Virus record (IMG/VR): IMGVR_UViG_3300015262_000011
Strand: one strand, 5' to 3'
Length of the DNA stretch: 31,177 bases
DNA from: an uncultured virus (IMG/VR IMGVR_UViG_3300015262_000011)
Lineage: Duplodnaviria > Heunggongvirae > Uroviricota > Caudoviricetes
Part shown: positions 7,641 through 18,078 of the stretch, in pieces
How the letters are laid out: each line of letters opens with the position of its first letter
Position numbering within the stretch: the first letter of the stretch is position 1
Made by a program: the position numbers and the translations under genes
Notes under the pieces: model-generated
Told to the model about the DNA's origin: nothing
Seen by the model: only the letters and a program-made list of their open reading frames with translations
The model's database searches: none

Positions 7641-8066
7641 TCAGGCGGGGTCGGCGGCTGCGGCGCGGATGGTGAACTCGCCGAACCCGTCGCGGTGGAT
7701 CACGTCGCCGGGGTGGGCGTAGACCGTCTCGCCGAACTGGCTGAACCCGACCAGTTCGTTGGCGCCTCCTGCACGCCAGCCGCCACACCACTCGGCGATC
7801 TCGGTGGTGTTGTCGCGGGCGAGGGTGCGCTCCTCCGGCGCGTAGTCGAGGTGCGGGACCCCGGCCATGCACATGGCGCCGCAGTAGCCGCACCGGTACT
7901 GGCCCATCGGGGCGCCGACCAACTGCTGCGGCTCCCACGGCCAGGGGCAGCGTTCACCGTTCTCGTTGAGCGGGGCGGTGATGTCGAGCCGCTTCGTCAG
8001 GTCGATGTCGAGGGCGTCCTTGGGGGCGATGTCGGTCCACTTGCGGCTGGCGTCAGGCGCGGTCAT
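7641..8066 (-). CDS. Hypothetical protein: CxxC N-terminal half plus WCGG/PGD/GEF module
   Basis: GQYRCGYCG; IAEWCGG...AHPGDVIHRDGFGEF. Confidence 0.8.
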   Translation of the reverse strand: MTAPDASRKWTDIAPKDALDIDLTKRLDITAPLNENGERCPWPWEPQQLVGAPMGQYRCGYCGAMCMAGVPHLDYAPEERTLARDNTTEIAEWCGGWRAGGANELVGFSQFGETVYAHPGDVIHRDGFGEFTIRAAAADPA

Positions 8067-8262
8067 GGGTTGTCCGTTTCGTGTCGTATGGGTGGCCGTG
8101 AGGCGGCCTTCCCAGTTGGCGGGGCGGTGGGCGTTGGGACGGAGCGTTGGTCAGGCGGCGGCCGGGGTGCGGCAGGCGACGGATGGCCGCTGCCGCCGAA
8201 GGTCAATTCCTCCCGGTTTGCCGCTACTTGTCAGAATATCGACCGAGCCTTCCGGTAAGGGC

Positions 8263-8460
8263 TCAGATGGCCCACAACGTGGGCTGCATCGGCGTGAGTT
8301 GCATCTCGGTCTGGCCGACGATCTGGCCTGACGCCGGGCTGGCGATCCGCAGTACCGGCGCCGGCGGACCGTGGAGCTTCCGCCAGCAGACCGGCCCGTA
8401 GCCGGTAGGCGACGGACGCTTCAAACGGCGCCCGCAGCCACGGCACTTGGGCTCACTCAC
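8263..8460 (-). CDS. DUF6011-like Zn-finger protein
   Basis: CRGCGRRL...S..GYGPVC. Confidence 0.8.
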   Translation of the reverse strand: MSEPKCRGCGRRLKRPSPTGYGPVCWRKLHGPPAPVLRIASPASGQIVGQTEMQLTPMQPTLWAI

Positions 8461-9110
8461 GGGCGGCGCCGTACAGGGACCGGATGCTGGTCGCGGAGGA
8501 TGCCGCAGCGCTGGCAGTTGTCGAACTCACCGACGGCGGACGGGCATCCGCGTTCATGGATGTCGGCGTCGCGCTCCAGCGTGTCCGCCGCATCCGCCGT
8601 CTCGCCGCCGCTGTAGGTGTCACGGACGAACTCGGCACAGCGGCGCATGATCGTGGCTTCGTGGCGGGCCAGGGCCAGCGTGGTGTCGTCGCGCGGGGTG
8701 TCGACGTGGAGGGTGGCCTGTCGGAGCAGGTAGAGGGCGCCGAGCGCGTCACTGCCGGGGTCTTCGAGGTCGTAGCAGAGCGCGGCCAGCGCGGAGCGGG
8801 CGTGCACGGCGGCCTGCTCCAGGCCGGCGCGTTCGGCGCGGACCTCGGCGGCGAACTCGTCGAGGAGTTCACCGGCGCGGGCCTTGGCTTCTTCGTCGGT
8901 GCTGCCGGGGACGCTCCACCACAGGAGCGCAGCGACCCGCTGGCGGGCGGTGAGCGCGGCGGCGGGGTTCGCGGTCTCCTCGGATGCCTCGTGCGGCCCG
9001 CTCAGTTCGTGCGTGACGGCCTCAGGCCCGGTTTCGGCTCCCCGCATGCCTCCGGGGGCCCGTTCGGCCGTCTGCGGCCCGCACAGGGCTTCGGTGTCGG
9101 GATGGTTCAC
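8457..9110 (-). CDS. Hypothetical protein (217 aa)
   Basis: RBS AAGGAG, codon bias, GTGA coupling. Confidence 0.75.
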   Translation of the reverse strand: MNHPDTEALCGPQTAERAPGGMRGAETGPEAVTHELSGPHEASEETANPAAALTARQRVAALLWWSVPGSTDEEAKARAGELLDEFAAEVRAERAGLEQAAVHARSALAALCYDLEDPGSDALGALYLLRQATLHVDTPRDDTTLALARHEATIMRRCAEFVRDTYSGGETADAADTLERDADIHERGCPSAVGEFDNCQRCGILRDQHPVPVRRRP

Positions 9111-9192
9111 GGGTGGCTCTCCTTGCGAAGTGATCGACGGGTAGTTACTCGGGAGTCAGGTCGGGACAGCGGCCAGGCTCGTGGGGCGGCGG

Positions 9193-10895
9193 TCACGCGG
9201 CGAGAGCCGTGTCGGGTGTCGTGTGCCGGTCGATGTCCTCGCCCGTGATGGCCTCCACCAGCGCACACACCAGAACCTCGGCGGCGTTCGGCGTAACGGC
9301 GTTGCCGTATTGCCTCACTTTCTCCCGCTTGTTGCCGAGCACGATGTAGGCGTCGGCGAAGGACATCGCCCGGCCGATCTCATGCGGCTCCAACATCCGG
9401 AACAGCACGTCGTTGATGTCGACCTCGCCGCGCACCAGCGCGTAGCGGTCCCGGGTCGTGAGGGTGCCGATCGGCTCGTTCACGGACCTGGGGGCGTCGT
9501 TGCCGTAGTAGGGCACGAGCATGTGCTCCCACGTGAGCAGCGACTGGTGGCCAGCTGTGGTCATCGTCCGGAAGGGCTCCTCGACCGGCGTGCACATCTG
9601 GCCGGCGTCGCCCCGCGGGGTGTTGTTCCGCATCACGAAGGCGGGCATCGGCGGAGCGACCAGCCCGTGGTGGTTCCCGAGGCGGTCACGGTGGCGAGGG
9701 ACTCGGCGACCGAGCGGGCGCCACTGCCGCCACCCCGGAGTTCGGCGATGAACGGCAGCCACGCCAGGCCGGTCTCGTTGCGGGTCGTCATCGTCCGCAG
9801 CGGGCCGTGCGCGGAGAGGGCTTCCTTCCCGTCCCGGCCCTCGACCGGCACCATCAGCGGCGGCACCATCAGAGCGTCGTTCTCGCGGGTGGTGCGTGCG
9901 GGCATCGGCTCCCCCACGGAGACGGCGGCGTCCCGCCACGTCCCGCCTGCCGGGACCATCATCGGTACCGGGCGGGCGAACTTCTTCAGCCCAGCTTCGA
10001 TGCGCTTGATGGTCTTCTCGGCGAGCGGCTTGGCCCGGTCGCCGATCCGCTGGCCCGGGATGGACCAGTCGATCGCCGCTGCAGCGGGCAGCGCCTCCGG
10101 CTCGACAATCTGGTAGCGGCAGGACGCCGACGGGCAGCGGTAGACGTACTGCTGGCGGTAGCGGCCCATGTCGCGCTTGGGGTCCTTGAACACCTGCATG
10201 GCCTGGACGTAGGCGTCGCAACCCGTGCACCAGGCGCGCGGGCGCAGCCATTTGTCCCAGTCGGGGGTACGGCCGAGGCTCTCGTGCCAGTAGCCGACGT
10301 ACAGGCGGTCCCTCGACTGCGGGGCGGCATGCACCGACCGCGGGTTCGCGTGCATCGAGTTCAGGGCGATGATCCGGGTGCGGTACCCGAGCTTGTGGAT
10401 CTCACCGATCCACCGGTCCCACTGGTCCCAGGCGCGGACGTCGGTGACGTTCTCGACGATCCCCGCCTTCACCAGGCCGCCGCGCTCCTGAACGCCGCGC
10501 AGATACAGCGGCACCTCCTCCATGAGGGCGCGGGACTCCTCCTCGGCGGACGGCTCGTCGTCCTCGTCGGTCAGGCCGGTGAGGAGGTCGAGGAGGCTGC
10601 CCTGCATGGCGCCGGCGAAGTCGCGGCGCTTGCCCTTGGCCACAGACCAGTTCGTGCACTCGGGGGATGCCCAGAAGATGTCGGTGACGGGCCAGTCCCA
10701 GACGGGCGCCTTACGGATGTCGCCCTGGTAGTGGCTGGTGGTGGGGAAGTTCGCGGCGTGCGATTCGATGGCGAGTTTCCAGTGGTTCGCGGCGCGCTCG
10801 ACGCGGACACCGGGAACGGCGTGGACGCCCTGGCTGGATCCACCGGCCCCGCAGAACCAGTCCATCAGGGTCAGTTCGTCGTCGTGGCGGTACAT
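9193..10895 (-). pseudogene. C5 cytosine DNA methyltransferase split by a 1-nt frameshift at ~9677
   Basis: Motif I FCGAGG, IV SPEC, VI ENV and VIII QSRDR in one frame; motif X YGNAV in another; junction TCG GG_ AAC CAC CAC. Confidence 0.9.
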
Positions 10896-11166
10896 CAGGC
10901 GGCGTCCTCTCGGTGGGTGGTGCGGCTGGCGGAGTTGCCGCCGCATCGGGCGCAGGTGCACGCGTCGGCGGGCGGGGTCGGGCCGGACGCGGCGGTACCG
11001 AGCGGCCAGCCGCCCACATGGGCGATCCGGTAGCCGGGGTCGGGGACCGCGGTCAGGGTGGGCTTCGGCTCGGGTGCGGCGGGCCGGCCGATGAGGCTGC
11101 GGAGGTAGCCCTCAAGGTCTCCGTCGGCTCGAAGGGCGGCGATGTCTTCGGCGTTGAGGTTGTTCA

Positions 11167-11167
<1 letters not shown>
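10895..11167 (-). CDS. Hypothetical protein downstream of dnaB (~90 aa)
   Basis: TGATG coupling on both sides; EDIAALRADGDL, GGWPLGT, CTCARC. Confidence 0.75.
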
Positions 11168-12542
<1,375 letters not shown>

Positions 12543-12546
<4 letters not shown>

Positions 12547-13253
12547 GCGGCCCTCCGTCGACGGTCGTTGCCCTTCATCGGGATCCGCTCGCACATCTCC
12601 GCGAGCCGGCTGGTGACCCGGTCGCCGAGGCGTTCGGCCAACTGCTTCGGCTCAACGTTCGAGGTGAGGAGGGTCGGCATGTGGTGCTCGTACCGGTGGT
12701 TGATGAGCCGGAAGTTGACCTCTTCCGTGAACTCGGTCGGCTTGCGTTCCGCGCCCAAGTCGTCGACGAACAGCAGGCGGGCGTCGCGGTACTTGCGGAA
12801 TTCGGCTTCCGAGTCGACGCCGTACCGGGGTCGCAGTGCCGCGTACAGGTCGGCGGCGGTGGTCACCTGCCACTGGGCGTACACGCCGGACACGGCCAGC
12901 TCTCGCATGGCGCCGTAGGCCTCGTGGGTCTTGCCGACGCCGCACACTCCGAGCAGCAGCAGCGAGGGGCCGTTGATGATGCTGGCGATCGGGCCGCCTC
13001 GTTCGGCCTGCTTCTCGCGGGCCACGGCGACCAGGCCGTCGATCCAGGTACGCAACTGCGGCAGCGAGGCGACAGCGGTCCGGTAGTGGAACGGAACCTT
13101 CGCCATGGTCTCGGCGTAAGCGTTGCGGGCCACGTTCGCCGTGGAGTGCGGGTCAAAGTCGTGCAGGTTGAACCAGTCGGCGGCCAGGCCGCGGGCGGCG
13201 AGCAAGGGCTCGATGTCGTGGCCGCGGAGGTTCGCGGGCGGGATGTACTGCAT
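12543..13253 (-). CDS. DnaC/IstB-like AAA+ helicase loader
   Basis: Walker A GVCGVGKT, LLFVDDLGAE, TSN, LGDRVTSRL. Confidence 0.93.
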
Positions 13254-13254
13254 G

Positions 13255-14115
13255 TCAGAGGTCCTCGTCGTAGACGGATTGGTCGGTGGGGTCGCGGTAC
13301 GGCTCGTAGCCACCGGAGACGGCGCGTAGCGGGGGGCGGCCATTGATGTCCGGCTCGGCCGCGAATTTGTCCTCGTAGCGGCGTTCGCGGATCCAGTTGT
13401 CGGACTGCTTGATGAAGCGGAAGGGCTCGCCGGCCTTTTCCTTGGCGTAGGCGACGGCGGCGGCGGTGATCTTCTTCGGGTCGACGCCGCTTGCGACGGC
13501 GGCCTGCCAGAGGGCGAGCGTGTCGTCCGGGTTCTTGCTCTTCGGGTGCAGCAACCAGAAGTTGCCGTACTCCTTCATCTCCTCGGCGCTGAACTCGCGA
13601 GCCACGACGGCGGAAGAAGCTTCTTCATCTACGTGGTTCAGATGGTTGTGGTTATGGGGTCCGGTCACCGGACCCCTAGAGGTCCGGTTTTCGGACCCCT
13701 GAGGTCCGGTGACCGGACCCCTAGCGTTTTCGGTAGAGGTCCGGTCACCGGACCCCCGCTGAGAGCTAGAGGTCTGATTTCCGGACCCCTGGCTCTCGCC
13801 TAGAGGTCCGGCTACCGGACCCCTAGAGCCGTAGTCGGGACGGATGAAACCGACCGCACCCGGGATCCTGTAGAGCGCCGGCCGAGTCCCCCGCCCCTCT
13901 TCGAGAAGGTTGAGTTCGCCGGACTTCACGAGAGCATCGATGGCCGTAATGACGGACGAGCGGGCGGCATTGCTGAACCGCACAAGCTCCGATGTACTGA
14001 CGCGCGCGGTGCCGTCCGTCCCGGTGATCCGGTTGGCGACGGCCAGCATTACGTGCCGTCCGGCTCCCTTGGACTGGGAGTGGAGCCAGACCCAGTACAT
14101 GGCGTCGATGCTCAC
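13255..14115 (-). CDS. Phage replication initiator (lambda O-like, N-terminal wHTH)
   Basis: MSIDAMYWVW...wHTH; central repeats; C-terminal FW..HPK...W....RYED; directly upstream of dnaC/dnaB. Confidence 0.88.
   Translation of the reverse strand: MSIDAMYWVWLHSQSKGAGRHVMLAVANRITGTDGTARVSTSELVRFSNAARSSVITAIDALVKSGELNLLEEGRGTRPALYRIPGAVGFIRPDYGSRGPVAGPLGESQGSGNQTSSSQRGSGDRTSTENARGPVTGPQGSENRTSRGPVTGPHNHNHLNHVDEEASSAVVAREFSAEEMKEYGNFWLLHPKSKNPDDTLALWQAAVASGVDPKKITAAAVAYAKEKAGEPFRFIKQSDNWIRERRYEDKFAAEPDINGRPPLRAVSGGYEPYRDPTDQSVYDEDL
13617..13824. repeat. Replication origin: six palindromic iterons plus an adjacent AT-richer tract
   Basis: GGTCCGGTCACCGGACCCCT-like units at 13658, 13681, 13703, 13738, 13771 and 13805. 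Confidence 0.85.
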
Positions 14116-14220
14116 GTGGTCTCTTCCTTCAGGAGGGTGTCTCTGCTGATGGATCGCTGTTTTGAGGCAGCCCTCATGGGGGCGGCGTGGCCCGTGGTGC
14201 TGGGGTTTCGCTCGCCTCTG

Positions 14221-14272
14221 AATTGTACAACGCGACGGAGATTACAACAGGGCTTATGTGTATCCTGGTCGC
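14221..14272. promoter_or_regulatory. Divergent promoters for the replication operon and the phd-like gene
   Basis: Minus strand TTG-TACAAT at about 14222-14230; plus strand TATCCT-N6-ATG; TACAAC repeats. Confidence 0.55.
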
Positions 14273-14572
14273 ATGAGCCAGTCCAAGGTGGAGCAGATGG
14301 GCGTGTCCGACGCGCGCGCCAACCTGACCGAGGTCATCGCCAAGGTGCGTCTCCTCGGCCAGCCCGTCGCGCTCACGCGCCGGGACAAGCCGCAGGCCAT
14401 GCTCATCTCCATGGACCGCTGGAAGCAGGCCTGCCTCGACGCCGAAGTCCGACCGCTGTGGGAGTTCTTCTCGGAGCGGTTGAACGTCCTCTATCGGGAC
14501 CCTGAGTTCCGGGATCTGCTTGAGCGCAAGGACGTTGAGTTGCTCGAAGTGATTTCCGACGGCGGCCACTGA
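14273..14572 (+). CDS. Orphan Phd/YefM-family antitoxin-like DNA-binding protein
   Basis: MGVSDARANLTEVIAKV....PVALTRRDKPQAMLIS. Confidence 0.9.
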   Translation: MSQSKVEQMGVSDARANLTEVIAKVRLLGQPVALTRRDKPQAMLISMDRWKQACLDAEVRPLWEFFSERLNVLYRDPEFRDLLERKDVELLEVISDGGH

Positions 14573-14588
14573 CCCCTCCTCTCCTCCT

Positions 14589-14609
14589 CGGCCCCGCTGT
14601 GCGGGGCCG
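14589..14609. terminator. Bidirectional terminator
   Basis: CGGCCCCGC-tgt-GCGGGGCCG between convergent genes. Confidence 0.7.
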
Positions 14610-14622
14610 TCGTCATGTCCGC

Positions 14623-14871
14623 TCAGGCGGCTTGCTGCTGTTCGGCGATGCGCTGCCGCTGGCTGAGGCCGCCCCAAATCCCGGCGAGTGGCCCCCAGTC
14701 GCTGTCGCGGAGCGCCAGTTCGTGGGCCGCGCATTCGGCCTATACGGGGCACCCGCCGCAGATGCGTTTGAGTGCGCGGCTGCCGTTGCCGGGTGCGGTT
14801 TCGGTGAACAGGTCGGCGTCGATCTCGGCGCAGACGGCCCGGTCCATCCAGGCGTAGCGGTCGGCGCTCAT
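14623..14871 (-). pseudogene. whiB: WhiB-family Fe-S regulator with an in-frame TAG at codon 44
   Basis: WMDRAVCAEIDADLF...KRICGGCPV*AECAAH...GIWGGLS; TAG at 14740-14742. Confidence 0.9.
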
Positions 14872-15671
14872 GCGGCCACGGCCAGTCCGCCGGCGACGCG
14901 CCCCCGGGCGCGAACGACGGTGCGCTTGTGGCAGCCGAGTTCGTTGGCGATCTGCTGGGCGGACATACCTGCCGCAGTGAGCCGGGCAACGCGGATCGGG
15001 TCGGCCTGTACCTTCCGCTGCTTGTCTGCACCGGGCCCGGCTCGCCCGCCCGTGAGAGGCCGGGCTTTGGGGTTGTCGATGTCGTCCCAGGCGAGTGGGC
15101 CGTGCCAGCCCTTGTTGCGGGCGATGGAGGCGGTCTGCTTGCTGGGGCCGGGCACGGTCGACAGGCGCCGGTACAGGCGGGCGATGGCTGCCGCTTCGGC
15201 CGGCTCCGCCCAGCGGATGTTGCCGGTGGTGATGTGCTTGATCCGGTCGGGTGTCATGCCGAGTTGGGCGGCGAGGTCGTAGCGTCGGTGTCCGAGGACG
15301 CGGAGGGCTTGGAGGCGTCGGCGGCTTCCGGTGATGTCGATGCGCCGGGGATTCGCGGGCGGTTCGGTGATTTCGACGGCGAGGATGGCGGCGGCCCGCC
15401 AGTTCGCGGTCTTGGCCTGGTTTCCGGCGTGGATCTGGTGGATCGATGCGGCTTCGACGCCGCTGGCCTGCCCGATCTGCACCTGGGTCCAGCCAGCTTT
15501 CATGAGGCGTTTGATGTGCTGACGGGTGGGGGTGGCGTCGGTCATCCGGTATTGGCCGCGCCCGTGTTCGAGGCGGAGCCGCTTGGTGTAGCGGGTGGCG
15601 ACGTCGATGCAGGCTTTCTGGCGGCAGCCTCGGAGGTAGCAGTTGCGGGTCGGCGTGTGGTCGCTGGTCAC
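14868..15671 (-). CDS. Multi-HTH DNA-binding protein (267 aa)
   Basis: N-terminal CY..GCR..C; several HTHs; RRLQAL..LG; PLAWDDID; C-terminal AQQIANELGCHKRTVVR. Confidence 0.85.
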   Translation of the reverse strand: MTSDHTPTRNCYLRGCRQKACIDVATRYTKRLRLEHGRGQYRMTDATPTRQHIKRLMKAGWTQVQIGQASGVEAASIHQIHAGNQAKTANWRAAAILAVEITEPPANPRRIDITGSRRRLQALRVLGHRRYDLAAQLGMTPDRIKHITTGNIRWAEPAEAAAIARLYRRLSTVPGPSKQTASIARNKGWHGPLAWDDIDNPKARPLTGGRAGPGADKQRKVQADPIRVARLTAAGMSAQQIANELGCHKRTVVRARGRVAGGLAVAA

Positions 15672-15955
15672 GGCCGTTCCTCCTTCCGGTGCTGGTCGAT
15701 GGCGTCGCGGAGTCGGTCGAGGTCGTCGCAGTCGCTGTAGATGGCGACGCAGTCGAGGTAGAGGCCGATGTCGGTGCCGGGTTCGGCGGGTTCGGGTCGG
15801 CCTTCGCAGACGGCCATCCAGGCGGCTTGCCGGCGGTCGTTGCGGGTGCGGTAGTCGTCGGCGCGGAGGGTGCGCCACAGGCCGCGGGCGGTCCAGGTGG
15901 CGGCGGCGAGTGCGGCGAGGACGATCAGGCAGACGGCGATGTCGAGGGCGGTCAC
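15668..15955 (-). CDS. Small membrane-anchored hypothetical protein
   Basis: N-terminal TM helix; GTGA coupling. Confidence 0.75.
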   Translation of the reverse strand: MTALDIAVCLIVLAALAAATWTARGLWRTLRADDYRTRNDRRQAAWMAVCEGRPEPAEPGTDIGLYLDCVAIYSDCDDLDRLRDAIDQHRKEERP

Positions 15956-16059
15956 GTCCGCCTCCCGGTGTTGTGTGCGCGTCCGGTGCGGGCCGCGTAG
16001 GCGACCGCGGTGATCCCGGCGATGAGGGTCAGGCAGGCGAGGAGGAGGGCGAGGTTCAC
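15952..16059 (-). CDS. 35-aa single-TM peptide
   Basis: VNLALLLACLTLIAGITAVAYAAR...; RBS GGAGGG, coupled on both sides. Confidence 0.65.
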   Translation of the reverse strand: MNLALLLACLTLIAGITAVAYAARTGRAHNTGRRT

Positions 16060-16430
16060 GCGGCTGCCCTCCTCTCGTCGCGGGCGGCGCGGCGCTGGGC
16101 GGCGATGTGGCGGCCCTTCGGGGTGAGCTCCCAGACGGCGATGCGGTGGGCGTGCGTGTTGGCCTGTGTGGACGGCACGGAGCGCCCGGTGTGGGCGATG
16201 ATCCCGGCCGACCGCAGGCTGTTGATGGCGGCGCCGAGGAGGCCGGGCCCGAGGTCGGGGAGGACGTCGCGGAAGTCGTTGCAGCTGAACTCGGTGACGT
16301 TGGCCCCGAAGTGGAGGACCGCCTGCTCGACGAGGAACTGGTCCCACTGGGAGTGCTTGGCGATGTCGTCGAGGAGGGCGTCCTTCTCCGTGGACGCGAG
16401 ACGCTCGGCGACAGACAGGCGGCGGGTCAT
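16056..16430 (-). CDS. Hypothetical wHTH-like protein (124 aa)
   Basis: FSCNDFR..LP......GA....L...GII; WELTPKG. Confidence 0.8.
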   Translation of the reverse strand: MTRRLSVAERLASTEKDALLDDIAKHSQWDQFLVEQAVLHFGANVTEFSCNDFRDVLPDLGPGLLGAAINSLRSAGIIAHTGRSVPSTQANTHAHRIAVWELTPKGRHIAAQRRAARDERRAAA

Positions 16431-16828
16431 GAGGCGTTCTCCTCATCGGCGATGGCCTCGATGCGGAGGCCGGGCAGGCGGGGGTCGACGGGGTGGCGGC
16501 GTCCGTCGGCGGTGGTGACGATGAACTGGAGGCCGCGTTCGCCAGCGCAGGACCACTGCCAGGCGTCGGCGATCTCGCCCTCGAACGTGACGCGGACCTT
16601 CGTGCCCTTCCGGCCGAGCACACGAAGTCGGCCTTCCTCGTCGCTGAGGGCGTGCATGGGTCGCGGCTTGGGCGCGTGCATGACGGTGACGCGGGTCGGG
16701 CGCAGGCCGGGCACGGGGTTGTCGCACTTGCAGGTGATCTGTTCGGCATCCGGCGGCTGCACCTTGCAGGACTTGCGGCACCGGCCGCAGTACCAGACCA
16801 GCAGCGTCGACTCGGGGAGGGTGGTCAC
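16427..16828 (-). CDS. Hypothetical protein with N-terminal Zn ribbon
   Basis: YCGRC...TCKC; GTGA coupling. Confidence 0.7.
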   Translation of the reverse strand: MTTLPESTLLVWYCGRCRKSCKVQPPDAEQITCKCDNPVPGLRPTRVTVMHAPKPRPMHALSDEEGRLRVLGRKGTKVRVTFEGEIADAWQWSCAGERGLQFIVTTADGRRHPVDPRLPGLRIEAIADEENAS

Positions 16829-17220
16829 CACGCCACCCCCGTGTCCTGCCGGAGTGCGGCGTTGACGGTCTCCTCGTCGGGCGTCCAGAAGCCGAGCGCA
16901 CCCTTCGCGGGCACTGGCTCCGGGAGAGCGGTGACGTCGGCCAACTCCCAGTGGTAGACGTTCTCCTCGCCCCACGGCCCGCAGCAGCGGCCGTCCTCCG
17001 AGTAGTGGCAGCCGGTCACGGTGGCGACGGCGACGATCGCCGAGTACACGTCGAGGTGCTCGCCGTAGACGGTCGCGAACCGGTCGGGCTGGGCTCCGGC
17101 GTGGATGAGAATGCGGGCGCCCCAGTACTTGGCGGGGAGCTGCCAGGTGCGGTTCTCGACGCGCTTCGTCTGATGGGCGATCGCGCCCGCCCAAGGCTGG
17201 CGGATGGTGAGGGCCTTCAT
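16825..17220 (-). CDS. ASCH-domain protein
   Basis: MKALTIRQPWA..I....K.VENRTW; ILIHAG; P.PAKGALGFW. Confidence 0.92.
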   Translation of the reverse strand: MKALTIRQPWAGAIAHQTKRVENRTWQLPAKYWGARILIHAGAQPDRFATVYGEHLDVYSAIVAVATVTGCHYSEDGRCCGPWGEENVYHWELADVTALPEPVPAKGALGFWTPDEETVNAALRQDTGVAW

Positions 17221-17489
17221 CGGGTCGCCTCCCGCACGCTGACGCTGACGGGGGTCAGGTAGAGGACGCGGTTGACGGTGTCGCTGATGGCCTGCTGAAG
17301 CTCGGCGGCCAGGAGCCGCTGGGCGTCGTCGGTCAGGTGGCCGCTGATCGCAAGGTGCAGGGCGCAGTTCCAGCTGCCGTCGGCCATCTGGTAGCCGAAC
17401 GTCGGGCCCGGCTGGAGCTTGCTGCGATCGAGCGCGGCAGCCCACTCCTTGACGGAAGTGGATCGGAGTTCGAAAGGCTGGTCGGTCAT
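17217..17489 (-). CDS. Hypothetical protein (90 aa)
   Basis: RBS GAGGA, ATGA coupling. Confidence 0.7.
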   Translation of the reverse strand: MTDQPFELRSTSVKEWAAALDRSKLQPGPTFGYQMADGSWNCALHLAISGHLTDDAQRLLAAELQQAISDTVNRVLYLTPVSVSVREATR

Positions 17490-17556
17490 CTGTGGTTTCC
17501 TCTGGGGTGAACGGCCGGCCCGCAATGCCCGCGGGCCGGCCTTCGCGATGTGCGGG

Positions 17557-18078
17557 CTAGAACGGGTGCTCTTCGTCGAGTCGACCGAGAGCCATCTCGG
17601 TGAGGCGGGCGCCGATGGCGTCGTGGAGACCGGCTCCGGCGCGACGGAGTTCGTGCGCGATGCCGCGGGCCCAGGTGCGAACTTCCTCGCTCCTGCTGTC
17701 GAGCAGCGCCTCGGCGAGGTGCCCGACGATGACTCGCTCCATGGCGCCCAGCCGGTACTCGGCTGGGCTGATCGGCGCCCACGGGTCCTCGCTGGCGGCC
17801 TCGGGCTCAGGCAGGGGCTGCCCGTGCTTGTCGTGGGCGTCGTCGTGGATGCGCCCGCAGTCGCCCCGGCCGCGCTCCTCGTCGGTCATGAGCGAGCAGG
17901 GCATCTGGCCGGTGTCGAGGACGTGCCGCAGGTCGCGGATGTTGCGCAGGTAGATGTGGCGGTAGTCCCGGTATCGGCGGTCGACGGCGTCTTCAAGGTC
18001 GGCGGCCTTGTAGCTGTCGGCGACTTCCTGCCAGCGCTCGATGAGCGTGTCGATGAGGGCGGCCTGATCGGCGTTCAC
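17557..18078 (-). CDS. Hypothetical protein (173 aa)
   Basis: GTGA coupling to the recombinase gene; codon bias. Confidence 0.75.
   Translation of the reverse strand: MNADQAALIDTLIERWQEVADSYKAADLEDAVDRRYRDYRHIYLRNIRDLRHVLDTGQMPCSLMTDEERGRGDCGRIHDDAHDKHGQPLPEPEAASEDPWAPISPAEYRLGAMERVIVGHLAEALLDSRSEEVRTWARGIAHELRRAGAGLHDAIGARLTEMALGRLDEEHPF

Noticed and set aside
8067..8262. Possible small ORF or promoter in this spacer
   Set aside because: No convincing start, codon bias or correctly spaced -35/-10
13658..13824. Palindromic repeats as a CRISPR array
   Set aside because: Spacers are only 2-15 bp and the repeats lie in frame inside the initiator gene; they fit iterons
14740..14742. Genome-wide TAG reassignment
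   Set aside because: TAG ends many genes here (902, 1842, 2064, 2828, 30547), often directly before terminators, and no suppressor tRNA is seen
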